Positions 10,298 through 20,013 of a DNA stretch of 64,000 nucleotides are shown here, piece by piece. The first letter of the stretch is position 1; each line of letters starts with the position of its first letter. A model generated the notes under the pieces. The model saw only the letters and a program-made list of their open reading frames with translations. It had not been told where the DNA came from and did no database searches. A program made the position numbers and the translations under genes. Location of the stretch: assembly GCA_017428495.1 (NCBI GenBank), contig JAFRQS010000011.1, positions 74,920 through 138,919 on the forward strand. Direction: 5' to 3'. Source of the stretch: Bacilli bacterium. Its GTDB lineage: Bacteria > Bacillota_I > Bacilli_A > RF39 > UBA660.

Positions 10298-11389
10298 AAC
10301 TAAAACAAGTGGTACTTCAGTTTCATCAGTAGTATTTCCAGCATGACTAGATACTGCTTCTACTTTACCCTCTTTTCGTTTATATTTTATACTTAAATTT
10401 TTATTACTAATTGATATAAAATCTCCGATACAACTATCAAAATATGGATGATTATTCCCAGTACCAAATAAGTTATATTCAAATATTTGATTTCTATCAA
10501 GTAATATAAAATTATCATCAAATTCTTTAGTAAATCTATCTTTAAAATAATCATTCATACCATCTTTTATAAAATACATTGCACTTCTTGAATCAATTGA
10601 GGTAGTTCTTTCTAGACATTCAAATAATTCTGGATAATCTTCCAAATATACTATTCTCTGCTTCATATGACCATGATCTGCAATTATAATAACCAAAGTA
10701 TCTTCTAATCCATTACACAATCTTTCTAATTCAAAATTAATCATATTAATTTCTTCAACTACTTCTTTAGAATCAGCACCATATAAATGCATATATGTAT
10801 CTGGGTTTTCATAATAGGCATATATGTAATTTCTATCTTTTTTATTTAAATTTTGTTTAATTTTATTACACATATCATGAAAATCTTCATATCCAATATC
10901 TCCATATAATGATATATATGCCGCATAATATTTGCCTTCTTTATTTATTCTATCCATAATAGTTTGATATGGCATATATTTTTGACATATATTTTCATCA
11001 AAATGTATATCAGTATCTTTTATTTTGTTTTGATACATTATAACTACATTATTAACATCTTTTATATATATTTCCCATCCCAACCAACAATGTTCATTTG
11101 GATTTAAGCCTGTCATTACACTTGTAGTAGCAGCTGTAGTAGTTGGAGGAAATACGCTTGATATTGGCTCTTTGATATGACTAACTAAGAAAGAGTCTTT
11201 ATCTAATGTTCTATTTAATATATTGTATCCCATACCATCGCATAATATTAATACTACATTTTTGGGATTACTAGATAAGGCATCATCTAATGAATCCAAA
11301 GTATTGTGAAAAGGTTCTATTCCAAAATATTTTGATATAGAACTTGCTAAATTAGTAAGGCATTTATTATAATCAATATTTATTTTCAT
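10286..11389 (-). CDS. alkaline-phosphatase-superfamily protein (type I phosphodiesterase/nucleotide pyrophosphatase-like)
   Basis: 367 aa; metal-ligand-like motifs LILCDGMGYN and IIADHGHM characteristic of AlkP/ENPP-type core. Confidence 0.5.
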   Translation of the reverse strand: MKINIDYNKCLTNLASSISKYFGIEPFHNTLDSLDDALSSNPKNVVLILCDGMGYNILNRTLDKDSFLVSHIKEPISSVFPPTTTAATTSVMTGLNPNEHCWLGWEIYIKDVNNVVIMYQNKIKDTDIHFDENICQKYMPYQTIMDRINKEGKYYAAYISLYGDIGYEDFHDMCNKIKQNLNKKDRNYIYAYYENPDTYMHLYGADSKEVVEEINMINFELERLCNGLEDTLVIIIADHGHMKQRIVYLEDYPELFECLERTTSIDSRSAMYFIKDGMNDYFKDRFTKEFDDNFILLDRNQIFEYNLFGTGNNHPYFDSCIGDFISISNKNLSIKYKRKEGKVEAVSSHAGNTTDETEVPLVLVKKR

Positions 11390-11422
11390 GATTCCCCCCC
11401 CTTAAAGTAAATATTATTATAT

Positions 11423-11453
11423 AAAAAAAGATATTGAAAAACAATATCTTTTT
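11423..11453 (-). terminator. rho-independent terminator downstream of ppaC
   Basis: AAGATATTG-AAAAA-CAATATCTT hairpin flanked by A-run (plus) / T-run (minus). Confidence 0.5.
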
Positions 11454-11466
11454 AGAATATTAGCTA

Positions 11467-13116
11467 TTACTGCATTTCTAATATTTCCATTATTGGTGGA
11501 AGCATCTGCTTTTTTCTTGACATAATCGAAGGTATAAACATTCCTTCATATATTTCTTTTAAATTAAATGCATTCATTATTATTTCTTTTGCCCTAGTAT
11601 TATATATTACATATGATCCTTTTTTAAATATATCAGTAATAAATATAACATTTACACCAGGCGTAACACTATTTAGTTCATCTAATTTGTTTACATATTC
11701 ATCAATATTATTATTTATTTTCTCAAAATCCATAGTAATAAGTTGGCTAATACCTAAATGTAATTTACCAACTGTATATGATTTATAATCTTCATATATT
11801 TGTTCATTTACAGTTAATTTATCAATAGAAGATGATGCCTTTAACATTTTATAACCATACTCATTTATATCAATATTTATTATATTTGCAAGCTTATTAG
11901 CAGCATCAATATCATCATCAGTAGTACTTGGAGATGTAAATAATAATGTGTCAGAAATTATTGCAGAAAGCAATAAACCAGCAATATTTTGTGGTATTTC
12001 AATATTCTTTTCTACAAACATTTTATAAATTATTGTAGAAGTACATCCCACAGTCATACACCTAAAATTTATTGGAGTTTTAGTACCAATCATTCCTAAA
12101 TTATGATGATCAATAATTTCCATAACAATTGCCTCTTCAATTCCTTCAACTGATTGTTCATAATTATTATGATCTACTAATATGACTTTTTTTCTTTCAA
12201 ATTCATTAGATAAATTAGTTTGAATAACGCCTAAACATTCTTTCTTTTTATTTACAATCGGATAATTTGTATGTTTTGTTTTTTTAGCTAACAATTGAAA
12301 TTCATCATAATAATCATCATCATAAACTGTAATTGGATTATCACATGTATTAATACTAATAGTATAATTACTTAATCGTATCATATTAGCAATTTCATAA
12401 CTTGTCATTTTACTTCTAATTATAGTTACACTATTAACCTTAGCTTTTTCAATTAACTCCTCATCTATTACACTATTTATAGCTAATATAATTAATTTTA
12501 CTTTAGAATTAATTGCTTGCTCTAATATTTTATATCTATTACCTACAATAAGTATATCACTATAATCTAATAAAATCTCATCCTGTAAATTACTACTTTG
12601 ATTATTAATTATTACCATTCTACCATCAATAATATCATTGTATTTAGTAAGTAACTCAGCATTTAAAATATTTATAATGTTGTTTAATGAAGTATGAATG
12701 CTATCCTTATTACCTTCAATTAAAAATCTTGCAACATCTTTCATAGATAAAAAACCAGTAATTTTTCTATTATTATTCACAATTGGTATAGCAGTTATTT
12801 CAAAATTTTGCATTGTTAAATAAGCATTATATATCGAATCATTTTCATTTACATATGCTTTTTTTCTATAATGTATATCTCTTATTCTAATTTTTACATC
12901 ATTTAAATATTGTGGTTCTGGGATATTAAAGTATTTTAATACAAATTTTGTTTCATTATTTAAATGACCAATAGCCCTAGGCACAGTCTTTTCACCTAGA
13001 GCATTTTTTAAATATGACAACGCTATACATGAACAAATACTATCAGTATCTGGATTTCTATGTCCAAATATCAATGTATTCATTATACCCCTCCTTAAAC
13101 TCAAAAGATTATACAA
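11467..13116 (-). CDS. ppaC: CBS-domain-containing family II (Mn-dependent, DHH-DHHA2) inorganic pyrophosphatase
   Basis: 549 aa; DHH motif region LIFGHRNPDTDSICS, tandem CBS pair in the middle, DHHA2 C-terminus. Confidence 0.75.
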   Translation of the reverse strand: MYNLLSLRRGIMNTLIFGHRNPDTDSICSCIALSYLKNALGEKTVPRAIGHLNNETKFVLKYFNIPEPQYLNDVKIRIRDIHYRKKAYVNENDSIYNAYLTMQNFEITAIPIVNNNRKITGFLSMKDVARFLIEGNKDSIHTSLNNIINILNAELLTKYNDIIDGRMVIINNQSSNLQDEILLDYSDILIVGNRYKILEQAINSKVKLIILAINSVIDEELIEKAKVNSVTIIRSKMTSYEIANMIRLSNYTISINTCDNPITVYDDDYYDEFQLLAKKTKHTNYPIVNKKKECLGVIQTNLSNEFERKKVILVDHNNYEQSVEGIEEAIVMEIIDHHNLGMIGTKTPINFRCMTVGCTSTIIYKMFVEKNIEIPQNIAGLLLSAIISDTLLFTSPSTTDDDIDAANKLANIINIDINEYGYKMLKASSSIDKLTVNEQIYEDYKSYTVGKLHLGISQLITMDFEKINNNIDEYVNKLDELNSVTPGVNVIFITDIFKKGSYVIYNTRAKEIIMNAFNLKEIYEGMFIPSIMSRKKQMLPPIMEILEMQ

Positions 13117-13126
13117 TTGTATAATC

Positions 13127-13558
13127 TTAATTAGCTTTATATACTGGAATTAAGAATGAATATAATTCCTTAATATCATCAACTGTTTTGTCCTTATATT
13201 CATCATCAGCCATTATATATATTACATAATTATCTTTTCTTTCAATTTTATTAATAGATACATTATTTTCTAATTCTCTAACAGCAATTTTATAATTATC
13301 TTCTGCATCTTTTTCTGTTGGATACTCATAATAATGCTCATACCCAGTAATTTGATTTAACTCATTATAATAAAATACTAATTTATACTTATTATCATTA
13401 TTAAAAACTAATTTAGTACTATCTGTATATAATTTGTCTGAAATTTTTTCAATTGCTGGTTTTTCATCCTTTTTAATATCTTCTTTTTTGGAACAACCAC
13501 AACCAACCAATAGTAAGCATATACTAACGCATACAAACAATTTTAATACATTTTTCAT
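13127..13558 (-). CDS. hypothetical lipoprotein
   Basis: 143 aa; lipobox LLLVGCGCS; 10 nt upstream of ppaC start (same operon). Confidence 0.5.
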   Translation of the reverse strand: MKNVLKLFVCVSICLLLVGCGCSKKEDIKKDEKPAIEKISDKLYTDSTKLVFNNDNKYKLVFYYNELNQITGYEHYYEYPTEKDAEDNYKIAVRELENNVSINKIERKDNYVIYIMADDEYKDKTVDDIKELYSFLIPVYKAN

Positions 13559-13613
13559 AATTTCACCAACCCTACTATATAATTATATAACACATAATAT
13601 TAAAAGTAAATAA

Positions 13614-14138
13614 TTAACGTTTCAAAAGAAATCTTCTATTATATACATCTTTATCATTCAATTGATAATAATCTATAGCATCATTAACTATATAACTTGC
13701 TTTATATTTTTCTCTAAATCTTTCAATTTCCTCATCACTAAGTTTTAATCCAGAAACAAATCTAACAGTTCTATCTGGGCTCAAATTAAGCCCATACTCA
13801 ATAATTTCTTCTCTAGTTAATATCTTCAATATTTCTAAATTTTGTGCAGCATATAACCCATAATAACCATCATCCACTTCTACTACTCTATCTTGTTCTC
13901 TTTCTCTAATTTCACCAAAAGCACGTACCTCACATATAAATATATCTTCACATAAATTACTTTTATCAGATTTAAAAAATCTAAATGTATCCTCCATATT
14001 AGTACAAAAATGATATCCATGACCATCATTACCATATCTTACATCCTTATCAGTAGAATATATAATACCTTCTCTAATATCTATACCATATCTATTCTTA
14101 CCATTAGCATTAAAACATTTATATCCAAATAACTCCAT
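13614..14138 (-). CDS. hypothetical protein (conserved-looking GNDGHGYHFC motif)
   Basis: 174 aa ORF, no signal peptide; no family recognised by eye. Confidence 0.4.
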   Translation of the reverse strand: MELFGYKCFNANGKNRYGIDIREGIIYSTDKDVRYGNDGHGYHFCTNMEDTFRFFKSDKSNLCEDIFICEVRAFGEIREREQDRVVEVDDGYYGLYAAQNLEILKILTREEIIEYGLNLSPDRTVRFVSGLKLSDEEIERFREKYKASYIVNDAIDYYQLNDKDVYNRRFLLKR

Positions 14139-14141
14139 AAA

Positions 14142-14969
14142 TCACCTTTTATCATATTCATCTAAAAAACTCTTATATAGTCCATCTTTTTTAGTACCTA
14201 ATATACAATTTAAATTAACATTATCCAAAGCTTTAAAAATATTATAATCAACGTCTTTATTTATTTTTAACATATTTTTAATTAATAATTTCATTTCTAA
14301 TCTTTTACTATCACTATTATTTCTACTACTTGCTTCTGTAAATCTACATGCACAATTAATAAATTCTAATTTATTAGTACTTGCCCATGAAATAATTGAT
14401 TCTTCTCTAACCAAAAACAAAGGTCTTATCAATTCAATACCTGGAAAATTATCACTATGTAATTTAGGCATCATAGTTTTAATTTCAGCTCCATAAAACA
14501 TAGATAATAAAGTTGTTTCAATAACATCATTAAAATGATGCCCTAATGCTATTTTATTACATCCTAACTCTTTTGCTTTATTATATAAATATCCTCTTCT
14601 CATTTTCGCACACATATAACATGATTTTTTCAATTCGAATGTCTTAACAACATTAAAAATATCACTTTCAAACATTTCAATTGGCAAATTTAAAATTTCA
14701 GCATTTTCAATTATTTTTTTCTTATTAATTTCATTGTAACCTGGATTCATTACTACATATCTTACTTCAAAATTACTTTTTCCATGCCTTTTTAATTCCT
14801 CAATACATTTTGCAAGTAAAAATGAGTCTTTACCACCACTAATACATACCATAATTTTATCATTATCTTCAATCAGTTTATAATCATTAATAGCTCGAAT
14901 GAATTTACTCCAAATATCTCTTCTATATTTTTTTATTATACTTCTTTCAATTTCTTTATATCTTTCCAT
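14142..14969 (-). CDS. PP-loop ATPase, TtcA-like tRNA 2-thiocytidine biosynthesis family
   Basis: 275 aa; PP-loop SGGKDS near N-terminus plus conserved Cys (CYMCAKMRRG, CACRF). Confidence 0.65.
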   Translation of the reverse strand: MERYKEIERSIIKKYRRDIWSKFIRAINDYKLIEDNDKIMVCISGGKDSFLLAKCIEELKRHGKSNFEVRYVVMNPGYNEINKKKIIENAEILNLPIEMFESDIFNVVKTFELKKSCYMCAKMRRGYLYNKAKELGCNKIALGHHFNDVIETTLLSMFYGAEIKTMMPKLHSDNFPGIELIRPLFLVREESIISWASTNKLEFINCACRFTEASSRNNSDSKRLEMKLLIKNMLKINKDVDYNIFKALDNVNLNCILGTKKDGLYKSFLDEYDKR

Positions 14970-15025
14970 ATAACCACCAATATACTAAAAAAGAATTATA
15001 TTTTTATAATTCTCATATTTCATTA

Positions 15026-15102
<77 letters not shown>

Positions 15103-15124
15103 ATCCATATAAATTATAACTCAT

Positions 15125-16393
15125 TTATTTATTACTTTCAATTATAAGAATAGATTTATTACGTAAATTTAATTTATTAATTATTGCATTCATTTCATCA
15201 ATATTTAAACTATTCAATATTTTATAAATATCAGTATAAATATTATCATATATTACTTTATTATTTAAAAACAACTTATTTGTCCTTTCTATATCATCTA
15301 GCATATACAATAAATTACTAATTTCTACTTTCTTTTTTCTTTCTAAATCCTCACTTAAAATTATTATATTATTTAAAACCTTATTTATCTCATTTATAAC
15401 TCTCTCATATTTTCTAGTTTTAAAACTTAATATAAATACTTTATAATTATCGACATCTATATTATCAATATCTATTGGTGTATCTATCAATTTTTTATTT
15501 TTGATTTTTTCATAAAATATTGATGTTTCATCAAATAATATATTAAACATATTAGATAAATATATATTAAGTTTTTTTCTATCAATTTTAAAATCATTCA
15601 AAGGTATTTTTATAGAATATGAAACTAATGGTATTGCTACATTATGTTTTATAATTTTTTTACTACATGCAACTATATTAGGTTCAATTACGCTCTTTAT
15701 ATTTATATTAACATCTTTAAATCTTTTACTATCTTGATTTTTTCTTATTATTTCGATAGCATTAGATGCATTTACATTACCTGTAATTACTATAAACATA
15801 TTTTTAGGATGATAAAACATATTATAACAAGTATATAAATCATCTTTTGTAATATTATCAATATCATTAATTGTTCCTGCTATTGAATACTTAATAGGAT
15901 GCACATTAAATAAAATATCTAATGTTTTTTCAAACAATATATTATCTGGCATATCATCATACATTTTTATTTCTTGTTTAATAATTCCCTTTTCTTTATT
16001 CACGTTCTTTTCAGTAAAGTATGGGGATTGTACAAAATCTAACAAATAATTTAAATTGTCTTCAAAATTATTTGTACCTGCAAATACATAGGAAGTATTA
16101 AAATAATTAGTAAATGCATTACAATAAGTACCTGAATTATTATAAAATACAAAAGGGTCTATACCATCTTCTTGGTCAAACATCTTATGCTCTAAAAAAT
16201 GAGCTATTCCATTGGGCATTTGAATATATTTATCATCAACTTTAAACTTATAATTACAACCCCCATATTTAGTAGTAAAAGTTACATAAAAATCATTAAC
16301 TGTATTATTAGGAATAACATATATTTCTAATCCATTAGATAATTTCTCATAATATACATTGTTATTATAAAAACTAATTTTCATCTTTTCCAT
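15125..16393 (-). CDS. M16-family zinc peptidase (active subunit, HxxEH)
   Basis: 422 aa; inverted zinc-binding motif HFLEH (GIAHFLEHKMF); overlaps upstream partner gene by about 20 nt. Confidence 0.7.
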   Translation of the reverse strand: MEKMKISFYNNNVYYEKLSNGLEIYVIPNNTVNDFYVTFTTKYGGCNYKFKVDDKYIQMPNGIAHFLEHKMFDQEDGIDPFVFYNNSGTYCNAFTNYFNTSYVFAGTNNFEDNLNYLLDFVQSPYFTEKNVNKEKGIIKQEIKMYDDMPDNILFEKTLDILFNVHPIKYSIAGTINDIDNITKDDLYTCYNMFYHPKNMFIVITGNVNASNAIEIIRKNQDSKRFKDVNINIKSVIEPNIVACSKKIIKHNVAIPLVSYSIKIPLNDFKIDRKKLNIYLSNMFNILFDETSIFYEKIKNKKLIDTPIDIDNIDVDNYKVFILSFKTRKYERVINEINKVLNNIIILSEDLERKKKVEISNLLYMLDDIERTNKLFLNNKVIYDNIYTDIYKILNSLNIDEMNAIINKLNLRNKSILIIESNK

Positions 16394-17639
16394 TTTTGCT
16401 TCCTTTCAAAAAATAAATGCTTGATATATATATTTTATTAGCTAATGCTTCTACATCTTTAGATGTAACCTTATTATAATTTAACACCTTTTTATTAATA
16501 GGATCTGCATTAAAAACTTCTATACCATAATAATAATTAATAATACTTGCTGGACTATCTAAAAGTGTTTCAATTGATGACAATATTTCTTTTCTAGCTG
16601 TTTCAACCTCTAAATCTTTAACATTTTTAAGATTAATTTCTTCTTTTATAAGATTTACTACAGTATCATAATTTTCCTCATCAATACCAGAACTTATCAT
16701 TAAAATTGAATTTGGACTGTTATTCATAGCACCAATTGAATAAGCTAAAGAATTTTTTTCTCTTACATTAACAAATAATCTAGATGTAGAGCCCGCACCC
16801 AAAATTGAAGTATATATTGGCAACACATATCTTCTCTCAAATAAGCTTAAATTTAGTACTTTACATATTATTGCTAATTTAGATTGACTTATATCCATAA
16901 CTTCAGATTTAGATTTTAATTTTGGTACCTGTTTATATGTTATAAATGGATCAACATCAATTGCTCTATTATTTTTAAATTTAAATTTAGACTCAATATA
17001 TCTTAATACCTCATTCTTATTCACATTACCAACTACAAATATATCAATTATATTAGTATCTAATACATGTTTATAGTATTCATATAATGATTTTTCTGTA
17101 ATATTATATAAATCTTTTTTATACCCCCACATATTAAATGATATTGGATCCATATTATCCATCAATTCTAAAGCTTTATTTAATGTATATTTTTGTGTAT
17201 TCTCTTTAGATGATTTAATTATTAAATTCAATTTATCTTTTACTATATTAAAATTTTTAGATTCAAATTCATTATTAACAACATTAGGATTAAATAATAT
17301 TTCAAATAATAAATCTATAGAATTATATAACAATCTCTCATCACTATATTTTTTATATAAAAATCTAATATCAATATAACTATTTATATAATTTCCAAAC
17401 TTTATATTAGAATGTGATAAACTTAAAGAATATAAATCTTCTAATTTAATTTCAAACAATCTAGAAGTATTATATTTTAATGTTGTACTAGTAAGCATTT
17501 GAAACAAAAATTTTCTTATTGTTATATCCTCTTTTTTTACTTTTTCTCTAAAATTAATAGAAATTGTTGTTGTCTTAAATTTATTAGTAGTTATAAAATG
17601 CACATTATATATACCATTATTTATTTTGCAGTATTTCAT
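16374..17639 (-). CDS. M16-family peptidase-like partner subunit (no HxxEH motif)
   Basis: M16 C-terminal domain-like organisation, lacks HxxEH; probable real start at MKYCKINNG (17639) rather than ORF-track 17675. Confidence 0.6.
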   Translation of the reverse strand: MKYCKINNGIYNVHFITTNKFKTTTISINFREKVKKEDITIRKFLFQMLTSTTLKYNTSRLFEIKLEDLYSLSLSHSNIKFGNYINSYIDIRFLYKKYSDERLLYNSIDLLFEILFNPNVVNNEFESKNFNIVKDKLNLIIKSSKENTQKYTLNKALELMDNMDPISFNMWGYKKDLYNITEKSLYEYYKHVLDTNIIDIFVVGNVNKNEVLRYIESKFKFKNNRAIDVDPFITYKQVPKLKSKSEVMDISQSKLAIICKVLNLSLFERRYVLPIYTSILGAGSTSRLFVNVREKNSLAYSIGAMNNSPNSILMISSGIDEENYDTVVNLIKEEINLKNVKDLEVETARKEILSSIETLLDSPASIINYYYGIEVFNADPINKKVLNYNKVTSKDVEALANKIYISSIYFLKGSKNGKDEN

Positions 17640-17677
17640 AGATCCTCCATTTAGTAGTATATGAAAAAAATACAATT

Positions 17678-18373
17678 TTATAGCTTTAATACTGAGTTAA
17701 GTGCTAAATCTATCATTTTTATTGTACTTTTTTCTCTTTCTTCACTTGTAAGTTTTTCACCAGTTATTAAACTATCTGATACAGTAAGAATACAAGCTGC
17801 ATTCTTATTTAACACTTTAGCGTTTGTAAACAATGCAAAAGATTCCATTTCTACAGCAATACAACCATAATTTAAATATTCACTATAATCTTTATTATAA
17901 AAGGTATCTGTACAATGAATATTACCTCTTACTACATTTATTCCATTATTATTTATAGTTTCCTCTATAACTTTATTTAAATTTAAAGATGCACTAATAT
18001 TATTCTCATTATAACCAAGATTAATGCCATATGCAGTATTACTATAAGATTTATCTACTAGAACTAAATCAAATAATTTTAAATCAGTAGTATATGCTCC
18101 ACAAGTACCAATTCTAATTATATAATCCACATTATAGTCATTAAATAATTCATAAGAATAAATACCCATTGAAGCATTACCCATACCACTAGCCATTACT
18201 GTTATTCTTTTGCCTTTGTAATATCCAGTATATCCAAGCATACCACGAACATTATTTATTAATTTATAATCAGTTAAAAATTTTTCTGCTATAAATTTAG
18301 CTCTATTTGGATCTCCTGGCATTATTACTACTTTACTTATGTCTTCTTTTAAAGCACCTATATGTACTGTCAT
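17678..18373 (-). CDS. deoD: purine nucleoside phosphorylase, DeoD type
   Basis: Aligns by eye with E. coli DeoD: VIMPGDPNRAKFIAEKFL...NNVRGMLGYTGYYKGKRITVMASGMG; start set at MTVHIGAL. Confidence 0.8.
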   Translation of the reverse strand: MTVHIGALKEDISKVVIMPGDPNRAKFIAEKFLTDYKLINNVRGMLGYTGYYKGKRITVMASGMGNASMGIYSYELFNDYNVDYIIRIGTCGAYTTDLKLFDLVLVDKSYSNTAYGINLGYNENNISASLNLNKVIEETINNNGINVVRGNIHCTDTFYNKDYSEYLNYGCIAVEMESFALFTNAKVLNKNAACILTVSDSLITGEKLTSEEREKSTIKMIDLALNSVLKL

Positions 18374-18414
18374 ATTATCACCCAAATATAGTATAACAAA
18401 AAAGAATTGAACTA

Positions 18415-18948
18415 TCAATTCTTTACTTTACATTTACCAATTTCATCTTTTGTAATAATCATATCAGTTGTATTTTCATCAATAAATTCTTCATATCTTC
18501 TACATACTTCTAAATCAGATTCAAATTCTCTAACTAATTCCTCATATCCTTTTGCTACATAAATAACAGGCCTATTAAACATTAAATTCTTTCTTAATTC
18601 ATTATTTTTCTCTTCTGCATTTTCCTTAGCTTCTTCAAATGTATCAAATAATTCTACTACTATTTCAACTGGCCAAGGAGTCATATTGTAATTAAATCTA
18701 ATTGTATCTTTTTCGTCACTTTCTAGATTACTGTTTTTAAAATTTTTAATATTATTATATGGAAAAAATACTATATTAGACGTCTTTAATGTACCATCAA
18801 CAGAATATATAACAGCACTACTTAATACATAACATTTAGATGCTATATACCCCAATATTACCTTTTTATATCCTTGTAAATAACCACCCTGCTCTTTTAC
18901 TTCTAACACTGCATATTTTATTGGATATTTCATTACCATAATATTCAC
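18415..18948 (-). CDS. hypothetical protein, member A of a 3-gene tandem paralog array
   Basis: 177 aa; shares YP[IV]KYAV, GYI.SKCYV, FPY, ENTTDM, KCKVK motifs with the two upstream genes; no signal peptide. Confidence 0.6.
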   Translation of the reverse strand: MNIMVMKYPIKYAVLEVKEQGGYLQGYKKVILGYIASKCYVLSSAVIYSVDGTLKTSNIVFFPYNNIKNFKNSNLESDEKDTIRFNYNMTPWPVEIVVELFDTFEEAKENAEEKNNELRKNLMFNRPVIYVAKGYEELVREFESDLEVCRRYEEFIDENTTDMIITKDEIGKCKVKN

Positions 18949-19464
18949 CTATTCCTTAACTTTACGTTTAACTTTATCTACAACCATATCTGTTGTATTT
19001 TCTGAAATATAACTTTCATATAATCTACATGCTACAAATGTTCTATCAATTTGTTGAGATATTTTTTCTCTAGTTATAGAATGTTCTATATAAGCAATTT
19101 TTTCTTCTTTTAAATAAATATTTTTCCATTTTACTGCTAAAGCTGCTTCTTCATATGTATCATATAATTCATTAACTATAAATTCTGGATGTTCAAGATT
19201 TTCTCTTTCCGGTACACATCTTTGCTCATAGTAACTATCTCCATTTAAGTGTTTTCTAAAATATTCATTAAAATCACCAAATCTTCTATATGGAAAGGTT
19301 ACTATATGCCTAATAGTTGGTCCATCATTTCTATCATATTTAATTCTATCTTCAACAACATAACATTTTGATACAATGTATCCCTCTGTAATATCTCTAT
19401 ATTCTTCAGTAGAATCGCCTATAACTTTTAGTACTTCTACTGCATATTTTATTGGATAACTCAT
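18949..19464 (-). CDS. hypothetical protein, member B of tandem paralog array
   Basis: 171 aa; MSYPIKYAVEVLK...GYIVSKCYVVEDRIKY...VTFPYRRF...ISENTTDMVVDK. Confidence 0.6.
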   Translation of the reverse strand: MSYPIKYAVEVLKVIGDSTEEYRDITEGYIVSKCYVVEDRIKYDRNDGPTIRHIVTFPYRRFGDFNEYFRKHLNGDSYYEQRCVPERENLEHPEFIVNELYDTYEEAALAVKWKNIYLKEEKIAYIEHSITREKISQQIDRTFVACRLYESYISENTTDMVVDKVKRKVKE

Positions 19465-19483
19465 ATTAAAATCTCCTTTTCAA

Positions 19484-20005
19484 CTAAATTTTAACTTTAC
19501 ATTTTTCTTTATCTACAACCATATCTGTTGTATTTTCTGAAATAAAAATTGCATATTCTCTACATAAATCTAAATCCTCATCAATTTGTTTGCTTAAACT
19601 TTCAAATTGTGCACTTGATGTATGTAATAACAGCTCACTTTTTAAATTATTGTTTCTTCTTTCTGCTTCAAGATATGCATCTTCAATATTATCATATAAT
19701 TTTTCCATAACAACTAATTCTTCTAATGAAGGTATGTTTCTTTGTTCATAATATGCTTGCGGTAAACGGAATGGACTTGTATGTATATTTTTAAGTATTT
19801 TATTATATCTAATAAAGTCTTCAAATCTACTATATGGAAATGTTACAGCATGCACAACATATGGAGTATGTCCACCATATCTAATTCTGTCTTCTATAAC
19901 ATAACACTTTGATACAATATATCCTTTTATTGTGTCTTGGTAATCTTCAACGTATCCACCTTCAATTTTTAATTCTTCTACTGCATATTTAACTGGGTAA
20001 CTCAT
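19484..20005 (-). CDS. hypothetical protein, member C of tandem paralog array
   Basis: 173 aa; MSYPVKYAVEELK...GYIVSKCYVIEDRIRY...VTFPYSRF...ISENTTDMVVDKEKCKVKI; 8 nt downstream of lon stop. Confidence 0.6.
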   Translation of the reverse strand: MSYPVKYAVEELKIEGGYVEDYQDTIKGYIVSKCYVIEDRIRYGGHTPYVVHAVTFPYSRFEDFIRYNKILKNIHTSPFRLPQAYYEQRNIPSLEELVVMEKLYDNIEDAYLEAERRNNNLKSELLLHTSSAQFESLSKQIDEDLDLCREYAIFISENTTDMVVDKEKCKVKI

Positions 20006-20013
20006 AATTCCTC

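Noticed and set aside
15644-17870. Plus-strand ORFs 15644-15838 and 17661-17870
   Set aside because: Antisense to M16 peptidase and deoD genes respectively.
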